A stretch of 64,000 nt of DNA from Escherichia coli (GTDB lineage Bacteria > Pseudomonadota > Gammaproteobacteria > Enterobacterales > Enterobacteriaceae): NCBI RefSeq assembly GCF_003334815.1, contig NZ_QOWO01000009.1; one strand, 5' to 3'. Shown here in pieces: positions 1 to 11,988 of the stretch. Within the stretch, counting starts at the first letter, position 1. Each line of letters opens with the position of its first letter. A program made the translations under genes and the position numbers. Below the pieces are notes generated by a model, which saw nothing but the letters and a program-made list of their open reading frames with translations, ran no database searches and was not told where the DNA came from.

Positions 1-81
1 AATTGTTAACAATTTTTAAACAACAAACGGCAACCGATTTGTCTATTCGCTAATAACCTCAATACATTCATGAGATTACCA

Positions 82-108
82 GAAAAAAGCCGGCCGTTGG
101 GCCGGCTC
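82..108 (-). terminator. GC-rich hairpin (agccggccgttgggccggct) followed by a U-run on the minus strand, immediately 3' of aceF
   Basis: Inverted repeat 89-108 with A-run 82-88 on plus strand (U-run on minus transcript); sits in aceF-lpd intergenic region. Confidence 0.6.
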
Positions 109-114
109 TTTTAC

Positions 115-2007
115 TTACATCACCAGACGGCGAATGTCAGACAGCGTGTTGTTAATGATGGTAATGAAACGGGCACCATCAGCACCGTCGATCACGCGGT
201 GGTCGAAGGAGAGAGAAATCGGCAGCATCAGACGCGGCACGAACTCTTTACCATTCCACACCGGCTCCATCGCGGACTTGGAAACGCCGAGGATAGCCAC
301 TTCCGGCGCGTTCACAATCGGCGCGAAGTGGGTAGTACCCAGGCCGCCGATGCTGGAGATGGTGAAGCAACCGCCCTGCATTTCGCCCGCAGTCAGCTTA
401 CCGTCACGCGCTTTCTTAGAAATAGTCATCAGCTCGCGAGACAGCTCGATGATGCCTTTCTTGTTGACGTCTTTGAATACCGGAACAACCAGACCGTTCG
501 GGGTATCCACCGCCACACCGATGTTGATGTATTTCTTCAGGGTCAGACGCTGACCGTCTTCCGACAGCGAACTATTGAAGCGAGGCATCTGCTCAAGAGC
601 TGCAGCAACGGCTTTCATGATGAAGACAACCGGGGTGATCTTCACATCCAGCTTACGTTTCGCCGCTTCTTCGTTCTGCTGTTTACGGAACGCTTCCAAC
701 TCGGTGATATCGGTTTTGTCGAAGTGAGTAACATGCGGGATCATTACCCAGTTACGGCTCAGGTTCGCACCAGAGATTTTCTGGATGCGGCCCAGTTCCA
801 CTTCTTCGATTTCACCAAACTTGCTGAAGTCCACCTTCGGCCACGGCAGCATGCCAGGGATACCACCGCCAGTCGCTGCCGGAGCTGCTTCTGCACGTTT
901 GATAGCTTCTTTCACGTAAGCCTGAACGTCTTCGCGCAGGATACGACCTTTACGGCCAGTGCCCTTCACTTTCGCAAGGTTAACACCAAACTCGCGTGCC
1001 AGACGGCGGATCAGCGGAGTCGCGTGAACATAAGCGTCGTTTTCAGCAAATTCAGATTTGCCTTCCGCTTTCGCAGCTGGTGCTGCTGCCGGGGCTTCAG
1101 CTTTTGCTGCCGGTGCCGGCGCTGCCGCTTCCTGTTTCGCAGGAGCTGCCGCAGGCGCTGCGCCTTCAACTTCGAAGATCATAATCAGCGAGCCAGTTTT
1201 CACTTTATCGCCAACGTTGACTTTCAGTTCCTTCACGACGCCTGCAAACGGCGCCGGAACTTCCATAGAAGCTTTGTCGCCTTCTACGGTGATCAGTGAC
1301 TGTTCAGCGGCAACTTTGTCGCCCACTTTCACCATCACTTCAGTCACTTCAACTTCGTCACCGCCGATATCCGGAACGTTAACTTCTTTCACGCCAGCCG
1401 CTGGTGCAGGGGCCGCTGCCGGAGCTGCTTCCTGTTTAGCGGCCGGAGCTGCCGCGCCTGCTTCACCCGCGACTTCGAAGACCATAATCAGCGAGCCGGT
1501 AGACACTTTGTCACCCACGTTCACTTTGATCTCTTTCACGGTGCCAGCAAACGGAGCCGGAACTTCCATAGAAGCCTTGTCGCCTTCTACGGTGATCAGC
1601 GACTGTTCAGCTTCAACTTTATCGCCAACTTTCACCAGGATTTCGGTCACTTCAACTTCGTCGCTGCCGATATCCGGAACGTTAACGTCTTTTGCCGCCG
1701 CAGCCGCTGGTGCTGCTGCCGGAGCTGCTTCTTTCTTCTCTTCTGCCTGAGCAGGTGCAGCGTCTGCTGCACCGTCGGCGGAATCGAAAATCATAATCAG
1801 TGCGCCGGTCTGGGTTTTATCGCCAACAGAGACTTTGATCTCTTTAACGATACCCGCCTGCGGAGACGGAACTTCCATAGAGGCTTTGTCGCCTTCTACG
1901 GTGATCAGCGACTGTTCGGCTTCAACTTTGTCGCCCACTTTGACCAGGATCTCGGTGATTTCAACTTCATCAGCCCCGATGTCCGGTACTTTGATTTCGA
2001 TAGCCAT
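115..2007 (-). CDS. aceF: Dihydrolipoamide acetyltransferase, E2 of pyruvate dehydrogenase (630 aa), three N-terminal lipoyl domains
   Basis: ORF track 630 aa; three copies of lipoyl-lysine motif [13 protein letters not shown], Ala/Pro-rich linkers, C-terminal catalytic DHRVIDG motif. Confidence 0.97.
1050..2007 (-). repeat. aceF: Intragenic tandem triplication (about 300 bp period) encoding the three lipoyl domains of AceF
   Basis: Near-identical DNA segments, e.g. ttccatagaagc at about 1261, 1565 and 1873; protein shows three repeated lipoyl domains. Confidence 0.85.
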
Positions 2008-2021
2008 TATTCTTTTACCTC

Positions 2022-4685
2022 TTACGCCAGACGCGGGTTAACTTTATCTGCATCGATGTTGAATTTGGCGATTGCGTCAGCAACCACTTTCTTATCGATT
2101 TCGCCACGTTTAGCCAGTTCGCCCAGCGCCGCAACCACGACATAAGAAGCATCAACTTCGAAGTGGTGACGCAGGTTCTCACGGCTGTCGGAACGACCGA
2201 AGCCATCAGTACCCAGTACGCGGTAGTCGTCAGCCGGTACGTAAGTACGGACCTGCTCAGCGAACAGTTTCATATAGTCGGTAGATGCCACTGCCGGAGC
2301 GTCGTTCATCACCTGAGCGATATACGGAACGCGCGGAGTTTCCAGCGGGTGCAGCATGTTCCAGCGTTCACAATCCTGACCATCACGCGCCAGCTCGGTG
2401 AAGGAGGTCACGCTATAAACGTCAGAACCTACGCCGTAATCTTTCGCCAGGATCTCAGCTGCTTCACGGACGTGACGCAGGATAGAACCGGAGCCGAGCA
2501 GCTGAACTTTACCTTTGCTACCTTCAATAGTTTCGAGTTTGTAGATACCTTTACGGATACCTTCCTCAGCACCTTCCGGCATTGCCGGCATGTGGTAGTT
2601 TTCGTTCAGCGTAGTGATGTAGTAGTAAACGTTCTCTTGTTTTTCACCGTACATACGCTCCAGACCGTCATGCATGATGACAGCAACTTCGTAAGCGTAA
2701 GCCGGGTCGTAAGAGATACAGTTCGGGATAGTCAGCGACTGAATGTGGCTGTGACCATCTTCGTGCTGCAGACCTTCGCCGTTCAGGGTGGTACGACCGG
2801 AAGTACCGCCGATCAGGAAGCCACGCGCTTGCTGGTCGCCAGCCGCCCAGCACAGATCGCCAATACGCTGGAAGCCGAACATCGAGTAATAGATGTAGAA
2901 CGGGATCATCGGCAGATTGTTGGTGCTGTAAGAGGTCGCCGCTGCCAGCCAGGAACAACCTGCGCCCAGCTCGTTGATCCCTTCCTGCAGAATCTGACCT
3001 TTCTCGTCTTCTTTATAGTAAGCAACCTGCTCGCGGTCCTGCGGGGTGTACTGCTGACCGTTCGGGCTGTAAATACCAATCTGACGGAACAGACCTTCCA
3101 TACCGAAAGTACGCGCTTCGTCGGCGATGATCGGTACCAGACGATCTTTGATCGACTTGTTCTTCAGCATCACGTTCAGAGCACGAACGAAAGCGATAGT
3201 GGTAGAGATCTCTTTGCTCTGCTCTTCCAACAGCGCGCCGAAGTCTTGCAGGCTCGGCAGCTCAAGCTTCTCGGTGAAGTTCGGCTGACGGCTTGGCAGA
3301 TAACCGTGCAGTTTCTGACGCTGAGCGTGCAGATAGGTATGCTCTTCAGAACCTTCCGGGAAGGTGATGTACGGCAGTTTTTCGATATCTGCATCAGACA
3401 CCGGCACATTGAAACGGTCGCGGATATGACGCACACCGTCCATGTTCATTTTCTTAACCTGGTGCGCGATGTTTTTACCTTCAGCCGCGTCGCCCATGCC
3501 GTAACCTTTAATGGTATGAGCAAGGATTACTGTCGCTTTGCCTTTGGTTTCCTGCGCTTTCTTGAATGCAGCGTAGATTTTCTTCGGATCGTGACCACCA
3601 CGGTTCAGTGCCCAGATCTGCTCGTCAGTCCAGTCTGCAACCAGTGCTGCGGTTTCAGGATATTTACCGAAGAAGTGTTCACGAACGTACGCACCATCTT
3701 TCGATTTGAAGGTCTGGTAGTCGCCGTCAACGGTTTCGTTCATCAGCTGGATCAGTTTACCGCTGGTATCCTTACGCAGCAGTTCATCCCAACGGCTACC
3801 CCACATCACTTTGATCACGTTCCAGCCAGCACCTTCGAAGATGCCTTCCAGTTCGTTGATGATCTTGCCGTTACCGGTGACCGGGCCGTCAAGACGCTGC
3901 AGGTTACAGTTGATAACGAAGACCAGGTTATCCAGTTTTTCACGGGTAGCGATGGTGATCGCACCTTTGGATTCCGGTTCGTCCATTTCACCGTCACCGA
4001 GGAACGCGTAAACGGTTTGTTTAGAGGTATCTTTCAGGCCACGGTGTTCCAGATATTTCAGGAATTTAGCCTGGTAAATAGCACCAATCGGACCCAGACC
4101 CATAGATACGGTCGGGAACTGCCAGAATTCCGGCATCAGTTTCGGGTGCGGATAGGAAGAGAGGCCATTGCCGTGAACTTCCTGACGGAAGTTATCCAGC
4201 TGCTCCTGAGTCAGACGACCTTCCAGGAAAGCACGAGCGTACACGCCCGGGGAGATGTGGCCCTGGAAGTAAACCAGGTCGCCGCCATCCTGCTCGTTGC
4301 GTGCACGGAAGAAGTGGTTAAAGCACACATCATAAATGGTTGCGGAAGACTGGAAGGACGCCATATGGCCGCCCAGTTCGAGGTCTTTTTTCGACGCACG
4401 CAGCACCGTCATGATGGCGTTCCAGCGGATAGCTGAACGAATACGGCGTTCCAGTTCCAGATTACCCGGATACTCCGGTTGTTCTTCAACGGGGATGGTG
4501 TTGATGTAGTTGCTGATACCTGTGCCTGCGGCTACGTTTACACCGCCTTTGCGGGCTTCAGCAAGCAGTTGGTCGATCAGATACTGAGCACGCTCAACAC
4601 CTTCTTCACGGATGACCGATTCGATCGCCTGGAGCCAGTCGCGAGTTTCGATCGGATCCACGTCATTTGGGAAACGTTCTGACAT
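2022..4685 (-). CDS. aceE: Pyruvate dehydrogenase E1 component (887 aa)
   Basis: ORF track 887 aa starting [24 protein letters not shown]; sits between pdhR and aceF as in the pdh operon. Confidence 0.97.
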
Positions 4686-4845
4686 GGGTTATTCCTTATC
4701 TATCTAATAACGTTGAGTTTTCTGGAACCTGTCCCATTGAACTCTCGCCGGAAAGCTCAATAAGACAGGTTCTACGTTTAGTTGCCGCGCTTTTATATGC
4801 GCTTGATTTACAACATCTTCTGGATAATTTTTACCAGAAAAATCA

Positions 4846-5610
4846 CTAATTCTTTCGTTGCTCCAGACGACGCAGAGAACGCTCACGGCGGCTCTCTTCA
4901 CGACTTCTGTCGAGCAAAATTTCTTCGATAAAGGCCAGATGGCGATGCGATGCTTCGCGCGCTTCTTCCGGCTTACCGGCCATAATCGCTTCAAATATGC
5001 GGGTGCGGTGACTACTCACCAGCGGCAGCATCTCGCGACGCGAATAGAGCAATTCGAAGTTCTGGCGGACATTCTGGGCCAACATCGGCTCCATACACCT
5101 TAGCAGATGAAGCAGAACTACATTGTGGGCCGCTTCGGTGACGGCAATCTGATACTGGAGTACGGCGTTTGATTCCGCGTCCAGATCGCCAGACTGCTGC
5201 GCCAGCTCTATGGCGTGGTGGAGTTCACGGATGCGTTCCTTGTCTTCATCGGTACTACGCAGCGCGGCGTAATAAGCGGCGATACCTTCCAGGGCGTGTC
5301 GTGTTTCGAGCAAGTCATACTGTGACTCAGGATGGTCGGAGAGCAGCTCCACCAGCGGATCGCTGAAGCTTTGCCATAGGCTGCTCTGGACAAAAGTGCC
5401 GCCACCCTGGCGACGAAGCAACAAGCCCTTCGCTTCGAGACGTTGAATCGCCTCACGCAAGGAGGGACGGGAGACGTCAAACTGTTTTGCCAGTTCGCGT
5501 TCCGGTGGGAGTTTTTCGCCCGGGCGGAGAGTGCCTTCGAGGATCAAAAACTCCAGTTGCTGCTCAATCACATCGGAGAGTTTTGGTTGGCGGATTTTGC
5601 TGTAGGCCAT
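4846..5610 (-). CDS. pdhR: Pyruvate dehydrogenase complex repressor, GntR family (254 aa)
   Basis: ORF track frame; canonical start [18 protein letters not shown] is 11 codons inside the longest ORF; HTH GntR-type N-terminus. Confidence 0.93.
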
Positions 5611-5641
5611 GAGTTCCTGTCTTAAGCCACTTGCCGAAGTC

Positions 5642-5658
5642 AATTGGTCTTACCAATT
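5642..5658. promoter_or_regulatory. PdhR operator palindrome aattggtcttaccaatt in the pdhR promoter/leader
   Basis: Perfect inverted repeat ATTGGT-N3-ACCAAT about 30 bp upstream of the pdhR start codon; matches the known PdhR box. Confidence 0.7.
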
Positions 5659-6039
5659 TCATGTCTGTGACGCTAAAGTAACAAAGTATTCACCTTATGT
5701 CCATACAGGTTTTGATTGAAATCATGAAACTGTGCACATTTTAACAACTTGACATATATAACGTTTCAAAGTTGTAACTATGCACAAATGTAGACTTTAC
5801 GTAGGAAAGGAGTTTTTTAACGATTATTAAACTATAAAAATCCGAATTGAACCGATTCACTTACCAATTTTGTGATTTTTAATTCAATTAAAACGAATTT
5901 AAATTCATTCTACATATTGAGAGGGGTTGAGGCTGAGCTTTACAAACGGTTTCTTTTTAAGCAACTCATCTTCAACCATGCATAAAGCGGGTGCATTCGC
6001 TGCCGCATACCATTATTCTTGATCTGACGGAAGTCTTTT

Positions 6040-6080
6040 TGTAACAATTCAAACTTCTTTGATGTAAACAAATTAATACA
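6040..6080. promoter_or_regulatory. Candidate TyrR box(es) upstream of aroP
   Basis: tgtaaacaaattaataca at 6063-6080 approximates TGTAAA-N6-TTTACA; adjacent weaker tgtaacaattcaaac; about 70-110 bp upstream of aroP. Confidence 0.4.
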
Positions 6081-6150
6081 ACAAACGGAATTGCAAACTT
6101 ACACACGCATCACTGCGTAGATCAAAAAAACAACCACCGCACGAGGTTTC

Positions 6151-7524
6151 ATGATGGAAGGTCAACAGCACGGCGAGCAGCTAAAGCGCGGCCTTAAAAA
6201 CCGCCATATTCAGCTTATCGCGCTGGGTGGCGCGATAGGGACCGGGTTATTCCTGGGTAGCGCCTCCGTAATACAGTCCGCAGGGCCAGGGATTATCCTG
6301 GGTTACGCCATTGCTGGTTTTATCGCCTTTCTGATCATGCGTCAGCTGGGTGAAATGGTGGTCGAAGAACCTGTCGCAGGCTCCTTTAGCCACTTTGCTT
6401 ATAAATACTGGGGCAGTTTTGCCGGTTTCGCCTCTGGCTGGAACTACTGGGTACTGTACGTTTTAGTTGCCATGGCTGAGCTGACTGCCGTGGGTAAATA
6501 CATTCAGTTCTGGTATCCGGAAATCCCCACCTGGGTTTCTGCCGCCGTATTCTTTGTGGTGATTAACGCCATCAACCTGACCAACGTTAAAGTGTTTGGC
6601 GAGATGGAGTTCTGGTTTGCCATTATCAAAGTTATCGCGGTGGTAGCGATGATCATCTTCGGCGGCTGGCTGCTATTCAGTGGCAACGGCGGCCCGCAGG
6701 CGACCGTTAGCAACCTGTGGGATCAGGGTGGTTTCCTGCCGCACGGCTTCACCGGGCTGGTGATGATGATGGCGATTATCATGTTCTCGTTCGGTGGTCT
6801 GGAACTGGTGGGGATCACCGCAGCAGAAGCTGATAACCCGGAGCAAAGTATACCGAAAGCAACTAACCAGGTTATCTACCGCATCCTGATTTTCTATATT
6901 GGTTCGTTAGCCGTTCTGCTCTCACTGATGCCGTGGACCCGCGTTACCGCCGATACCAGTCCGTTTGTGCTGATCTTCCACGAGTTAGGCGATACCTTTG
7001 TGGCGAATGCGCTGAACATCGTGGTACTGACTGCGGCGCTCTCCGTGTACAACAGCTGCGTATATTGCAACAGCCGTATGCTGTTTGGTCTGGCACAACA
7101 GGGTAATGCGCCAAAAGCGCTGGCGTCTGTCGATAAACGTGGTGTACCAGTAAATACCATTCTGGTGTCTGCACTGGTAACGGCGTTGTGCGTACTGATT
7201 AACTACCTTGCCCCAGAGTCCGCTTTCGGACTGTTAATGGCGCTGGTGGTATCTGCACTGGTAATCAACTGGGCGATGATTAGCCTGGCGCATATGAAAT
7301 TCCGTCGCGCCAAGCAGGAACAAGGCGTGGTAACTCGCTTCCCTGCTCTGCTTTATCCGCTGGGTAACTGGATCTGCCTGCTGTTTATGGCGGCGGTACT
7401 GGTGATTATGCTGATGACCCCAGGAATGGCGATTTCGGTATACCTGATCCCGGTATGGCTGATCGTGTTAGGTATCGGCTATCTGTTTAAAGAGAAAACC
7501 GCCAAAGCCGTAAAAGCGCATTAA
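6151..7524 (+). CDS. aroP: Aromatic amino acid:H+ symporter, APC family (457 aa)
   Basis: ORF track 457 aa, multi-helix membrane protein with APC-type signature; position between pdhR and ampE. Confidence 0.95.
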   Translation: MMEGQQHGEQLKRGLKNRHIQLIALGGAIGTGLFLGSASVIQSAGPGIILGYAIAGFIAFLIMRQLGEMVVEEPVAGSFSHFAYKYWGSFAGFASGWNYWVLYVLVAMAELTAVGKYIQFWYPEIPTWVSAAVFFVVINAINLTNVKVFGEMEFWFAIIKVIAVVAMIIFGGWLLFSGNGGPQATVSNLWDQGGFLPHGFTGLVMMMAIIMFSFGGLELVGITAAEADNPEQSIPKATNQVIYRILIFYIGSLAVLLSLMPWTRVTADTSPFVLIFHELGDTFVANALNIVVLTAALSVYNSCVYCNSRMLFGLAQQGNAPKALASVDKRGVPVNTILVSALVTALCVLINYLAPESAFGLLMALVVSALVINWAMISLAHMKFRRAKQEQGVVTRFPALLYPLGNWICLLFMAAVLVIMLMTPGMAISVYLIPVWLIVLGIGYLFKEKTAKAVKAH

Positions 7525-7533
7525 TCTCTCTAC

Positions 7534-7558
7534 GCCCTCACCCGTACAGGGTGAGGGC
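7534..7558. terminator. Hairpin gccctcacccgtacagggtgagggc between convergent aroP and ampE
   Basis: Perfect 10-bp stem inverted repeat in 42-bp convergent intergenic gap. Confidence 0.55.
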
Positions 7559-7566
7559 AATAATCT

Positions 7567-8421
7567 TTACACCAACGCCCCGTAAATCGTCAGTAGTGCA
7601 ATCACCACCACGACCACGAACGAGGTTTTCTTCGCCATTGAAACCGCTGCCTTCGGCGTCTCCACCTTATCGACATGCGGTTCACGCGCCAGAGAGAACT
7701 GCGCCAGACGCGTTAACACCTGATACTGCGAAGTATGGAAATCACCCAGCGAAGCAAACCAGGCCGGTAACGCTTTCTCACCATGACCGATCAAGGCATA
7801 TACCACACCCGCAAGACGAACCGGCACCCAATCCAGTACATGAAGCACGGCATCAATGCCGGACTGTAAACGATGATGCGGCGTCTGATATCGCGCCAGC
7901 CAGTATTGCCATGCACGCAAAAACGCATACCCCATCAGCGTAACGGGTCCCCAGGTTCCCCCCACAATCAGCCAGAACAGCGGTGCAAGATAAAAACGAA
8001 AGTTAATCCACAGCAATGCATTTTGCAGCTCACGCAAATACTCACGTTCGTCGCAGCCTGCCGGGACGCCGTGAATCATGGTGAGTTCGCCAGCCATCGT
8101 GGCACGGGCATGGCTATCATTACGTGAAGCAGCTGTCAGATAAGCATGATAATGAAGACGAACTTTACCTGCGCCAATACACAGCAAACCAATCAGCAGC
8201 CACACCAGTAGCGTGGGAACGTTGAACAATACTCCCTGCAATGCGCGTAACAGTAAAAAAGTCACGCCCATCGCAATAATGGTCATGCCTAACGTGCGCC
8301 CGAGAGAAAAATGTTTCACCCGCCGAAAGAACGCTTCAAGACGATGATCAAGCTGCCAGTGCTCGCCCAACTTAAACAGGCGCTCGAAAATTAACACCAG
8401 TAAGGTTGTAAATAGCGTCAT
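7567..8421 (-). CDS. ampE: AmpE inner-membrane protein of the ampDE operon (284 aa)
   Basis: ORF track; canonical start [15 protein letters not shown]; overlaps ampD stop by 4 bp. Confidence 0.9.
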
Positions 8422-8969
8422 GTTGTCTCCTTGCTGACCAGCACACGAAACCGTGCCCAATCAAATGCAGGACCGGGATCGGTTTTCCGATCCGGCGCAA
8501 TATCACAATGGCCCGTCATGTTTTTAGCGATATCCGGATAGCAATCAATCAGTGCCCGCGTAACCGCCGCAAGCTGTTGATACTGCGCATCGGTATACGC
8601 CAGCGTATCGGTGCCTTCAAGCTCAATCCCAATAGAAAAATCATTGCAGCGTTCGCGCCCCTGATACTGAGAGACTCCCGCATGCCATGCACGTTTATCG
8701 AAAGGAACATACTGGACTATTTCACCATCACGGCGAATCAAACAGTGAGCGGAGACGCGCAAATGGGCGATCTCAGCAAAGAAAGGATGTGCCTGCGGAT
8801 CAATAGTTCCAGTGAATAATGCGTCGATCCACGGACCGCCAAACTCGCCTGGCGGCAGGCTAATATTGTGCACCACCAGCAGGGTGGGTGTTTCGTCATC
8901 CGGGCGGCAATCGTAATGTGGTGAGGGAACGCGGCGCGCGCCAACCAGCCACCCCTGTTCTAACAACAT
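8418..8969 (-). CDS. ampD: 1,6-anhydro-N-acetylmuramyl-L-alanine amidase (183 aa)
   Basis: ORF track 183 aa [26 protein letters not shown], amidase_2 fold. Confidence 0.95.
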
Positions 8970-8996
8970 GCAGGATCTCCTTATATGTGGTGCTAA

Positions 8997-9950
<954 letters not shown>

Positions 9951-10152
9951 TAGTTGACAGATTTATCCGCTCCATCGCGGGCGGATAATCTCCCCTTCCC
10001 CAACTTTCTTCGTAACGCCTCGCAAATTTCTTGTCTTTCGCTGCAACGAAATAAAAAACCTCGGAATCTGCTTTCCCGTTTCGTTTTTTGCCCCTCGCCT
10101 GTGCTGATGGCGTTTGCCAAAGTAGCGCCAACCAAATCAAGGAGCGAAACAG

Positions 10153-10593
10153 ATGGACAAGCAACGCGGTTTTACACTTATCGAACTGATGGTGGTTATT
10201 GGCATCATTGCCATTTTAAGCGCCATTGGTATTCCCGCTTATCAAAACTACCTGCGCAAAGCCGCACTCACCGACATGCTACAAACCTTTGTGCCTTACC
10301 GTACCGCCGTAGAGTTGTGCGCGCTGGAACATGGTGGATTAGATACCTGCGACGGTGGCAGCAATGGCATTCCCTCGCCTACCACCACCCGCTATGTTTC
10401 AGCCATGAGTGTGGCAAAGGGCGTGGTGTCGCTGACCGGGCAAGAAAGTCTCAATGGGCTAAGCGTCGTCATGACACCGGGTTGGGATAACGCAAACGGC
10501 GTCACCGGCTGGACGCGCAACTGCAATATTCAAAGTGACAGCGCATTGCAGCAAGCCTGCGAAGATGTCTTCCGCTTTGATGACGCCAACTAA
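10153..10593 (+). CDS. ppdD: Type IV prepilin (major pilin) with GFTLIELM N-terminal signature (146 aa)
   Basis: MDKQRGFTLIELMVVIGIIAIL is a textbook type IV prepilin leader/cleavage motif. Confidence 0.95.
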   Translation: MDKQRGFTLIELMVVIGIIAILSAIGIPAYQNYLRKAALTDMLQTFVPYRTAVELCALEHGGLDTCDGGSNGIPSPTTTRYVSAMSVAKGVVSLTGQESLNGLSVVMTPGWDNANGVTGWTRNCNIQSDSALQQACEDVFRFDDAN

Positions 10594-10602
10594 GGAGCGG
10601 CA

Positions 10603-11988
10603 ATGAATATTCCACAGCTCACTGCCCTGTGTCTGCGTTATCATGGAGTCTTGCTGGATGCCAGCGAAGAGGTGGTTCATGTTGCGGTAGTCGATGCACC
10701 TTCGCATGAGCTACTGGACGCATTGCATTTCGCTACCACCAAACGTATTGAGATCACCTGCTGGACGCGCCAACAAATGGAAGGTCACGCCAGTCGCACA
10801 CAACAGACATTGCCCGTAGCTGTTCAGGAGAAGCATCAGCCCAAAGCAGAGTTGCTAACTCGAACGTTACAATCTGCGCTGGAACAACGCGCGTCTGATA
10901 TTCATATCGAACCAGCGGACAATGCCTACCGCATCCGCTTGCGTATCGACGGCGTATTGCATCCTTTACCGGATGTTTCACCGGATGCCGGAGTCGCATT
11001 AACCGCCAGATTAAAAGTGCTGGGAAACCTGGATATTGCGGAACATCGCCTGCCGCAGGACGGGCAATTCACTGTCGAACTGGCAGGAAACGCCGTCTCA
11101 TTTCGTATTGCGACCTTACCATGTCGGGGTGGTGAAAAGGTGGTATTAAGGTTGTTACAGCAGGTGGGTCAGGCACTGGATGTCAACACGCTTGGAATGC
11201 AGCCGTTACAACTGGCGGACTTTGCTCATGCCTTGCAACAACCACAGGGACTGGTGCTGGTAACTGGCCCTACCGGCAGCGGCAAAACGGTCACGCTTTA
11301 TAGTGCCCTGCAAAAGCTGAATACCGCTGACATTAATATTTGTAGCGTCGAAGATCCAGTTGAGATCCCCATAGCCGGACTAAACCAGACGCAAATCCAT
11401 CCGCGTGCCGGACTCACCTTTCAGGGCGTTTTGCGTGCGTTATTGCGCCAGGATCCTGACGTCATCATGATCGGAGAGATCCGCGATGGCGAAACAGCAG
11501 AGATCGCTATTAAAGCGGCGCAAACTGGTCACCTGGTGTTGTCTACCCTACACACTAATTCCACCTGCGAAACGCTGGTACGTTTACAGCAAATGGGGGT
11601 CGCCCGCTGGATGCTATCATCGGCGCTTACGCTGGTAATAGCCCAGCGTCTGGTACGCAAACTTTGCCCACATTGTCGCCGGCAGCAAGGGGAGCCCATC
11701 CACATTCCAGACAATGTATGGCCATCGCCGCTGCCCCACTGGCAGGCACCCGGTTGTGTACATTGCTACCACGGTTTTTATGGTCGTACGGCCTTATTTG
11801 AAGTTCTGCCCATAACGCCGGTCATTCGTCAGCTTATTTCCGCTAATACCGACGTTGAATCGCTGGAAACGCACGCACGACAGGCGGGTATGCGTACGCT
11901 TTTTGAAAACGGCTGCCTGGCCGTAGAGCAAGGCTTAACCACCTTTGAAGAGTTAATCCGCGTACTGGGGATGCCGCATGGCGAGTAA
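10603..11988 (+). CDS. hofB: Type IV pilus assembly ATPase, GspE/PilB family (461 aa)
   Basis: Walker A GPTGSGKT, C-terminal CxxC zinc motif; directly downstream of ppdD. Confidence 0.93.
   Translation: MNIPQLTALCLRYHGVLLDASEEVVHVAVVDAPSHELLDALHFATTKRIEITCWTRQQMEGHASRTQQTLPVAVQEKHQPKAELLTRTLQSALEQRASDIHIEPADNAYRIRLRIDGVLHPLPDVSPDAGVALTARLKVLGNLDIAEHRLPQDGQFTVELAGNAVSFRIATLPCRGGEKVVLRLLQQVGQALDVNTLGMQPLQLADFAHALQQPQGLVLVTGPTGSGKTVTLYSALQKLNTADINICSVEDPVEIPIAGLNQTQIHPRAGLTFQGVLRALLRQDPDVIMIGEIRDGETAEIAIKAAQTGHLVLSTLHTNSTCETLVRLQQMGVARWMLSSALTLVIAQRLVRKLCPHCRRQQGEPIHIPDNVWPSPLPHWQAPGCVHCYHGFYGRTALFEVLPITPVIRQLISANTDVESLETHARQAGMRTLFENGCLAVEQGLTTFEELIRVLGMPHGE

Noticed and set aside
1058-1750. 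Ala/Gly/Ser-rich repetitive ORF (230 aa, plus strand) that looks like a repeat protein
   Set aside because: It is the antisense translation of the aceF lipoyl-domain and linker repeats; the repetition reflects the sense-strand domain triplication.
70-4436. Long antisense ORFs opposite aceF (70-1299, 409 aa) and aceE (2163-4436, 757 aa); similar ones opposite secA (16898-18028), ftsZ (21255-22436), araB (58407-59165) and araA (59056-60213)
   Set aside because: They lie entirely within and antisense to well-supported genes, their translations are low-complexity or Arg/Cys/Phe-rich with no recognisable domain, and high-GC third positions in the sense gene suppress stop codons in the antisense frame. 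Classic shadow ORFs.
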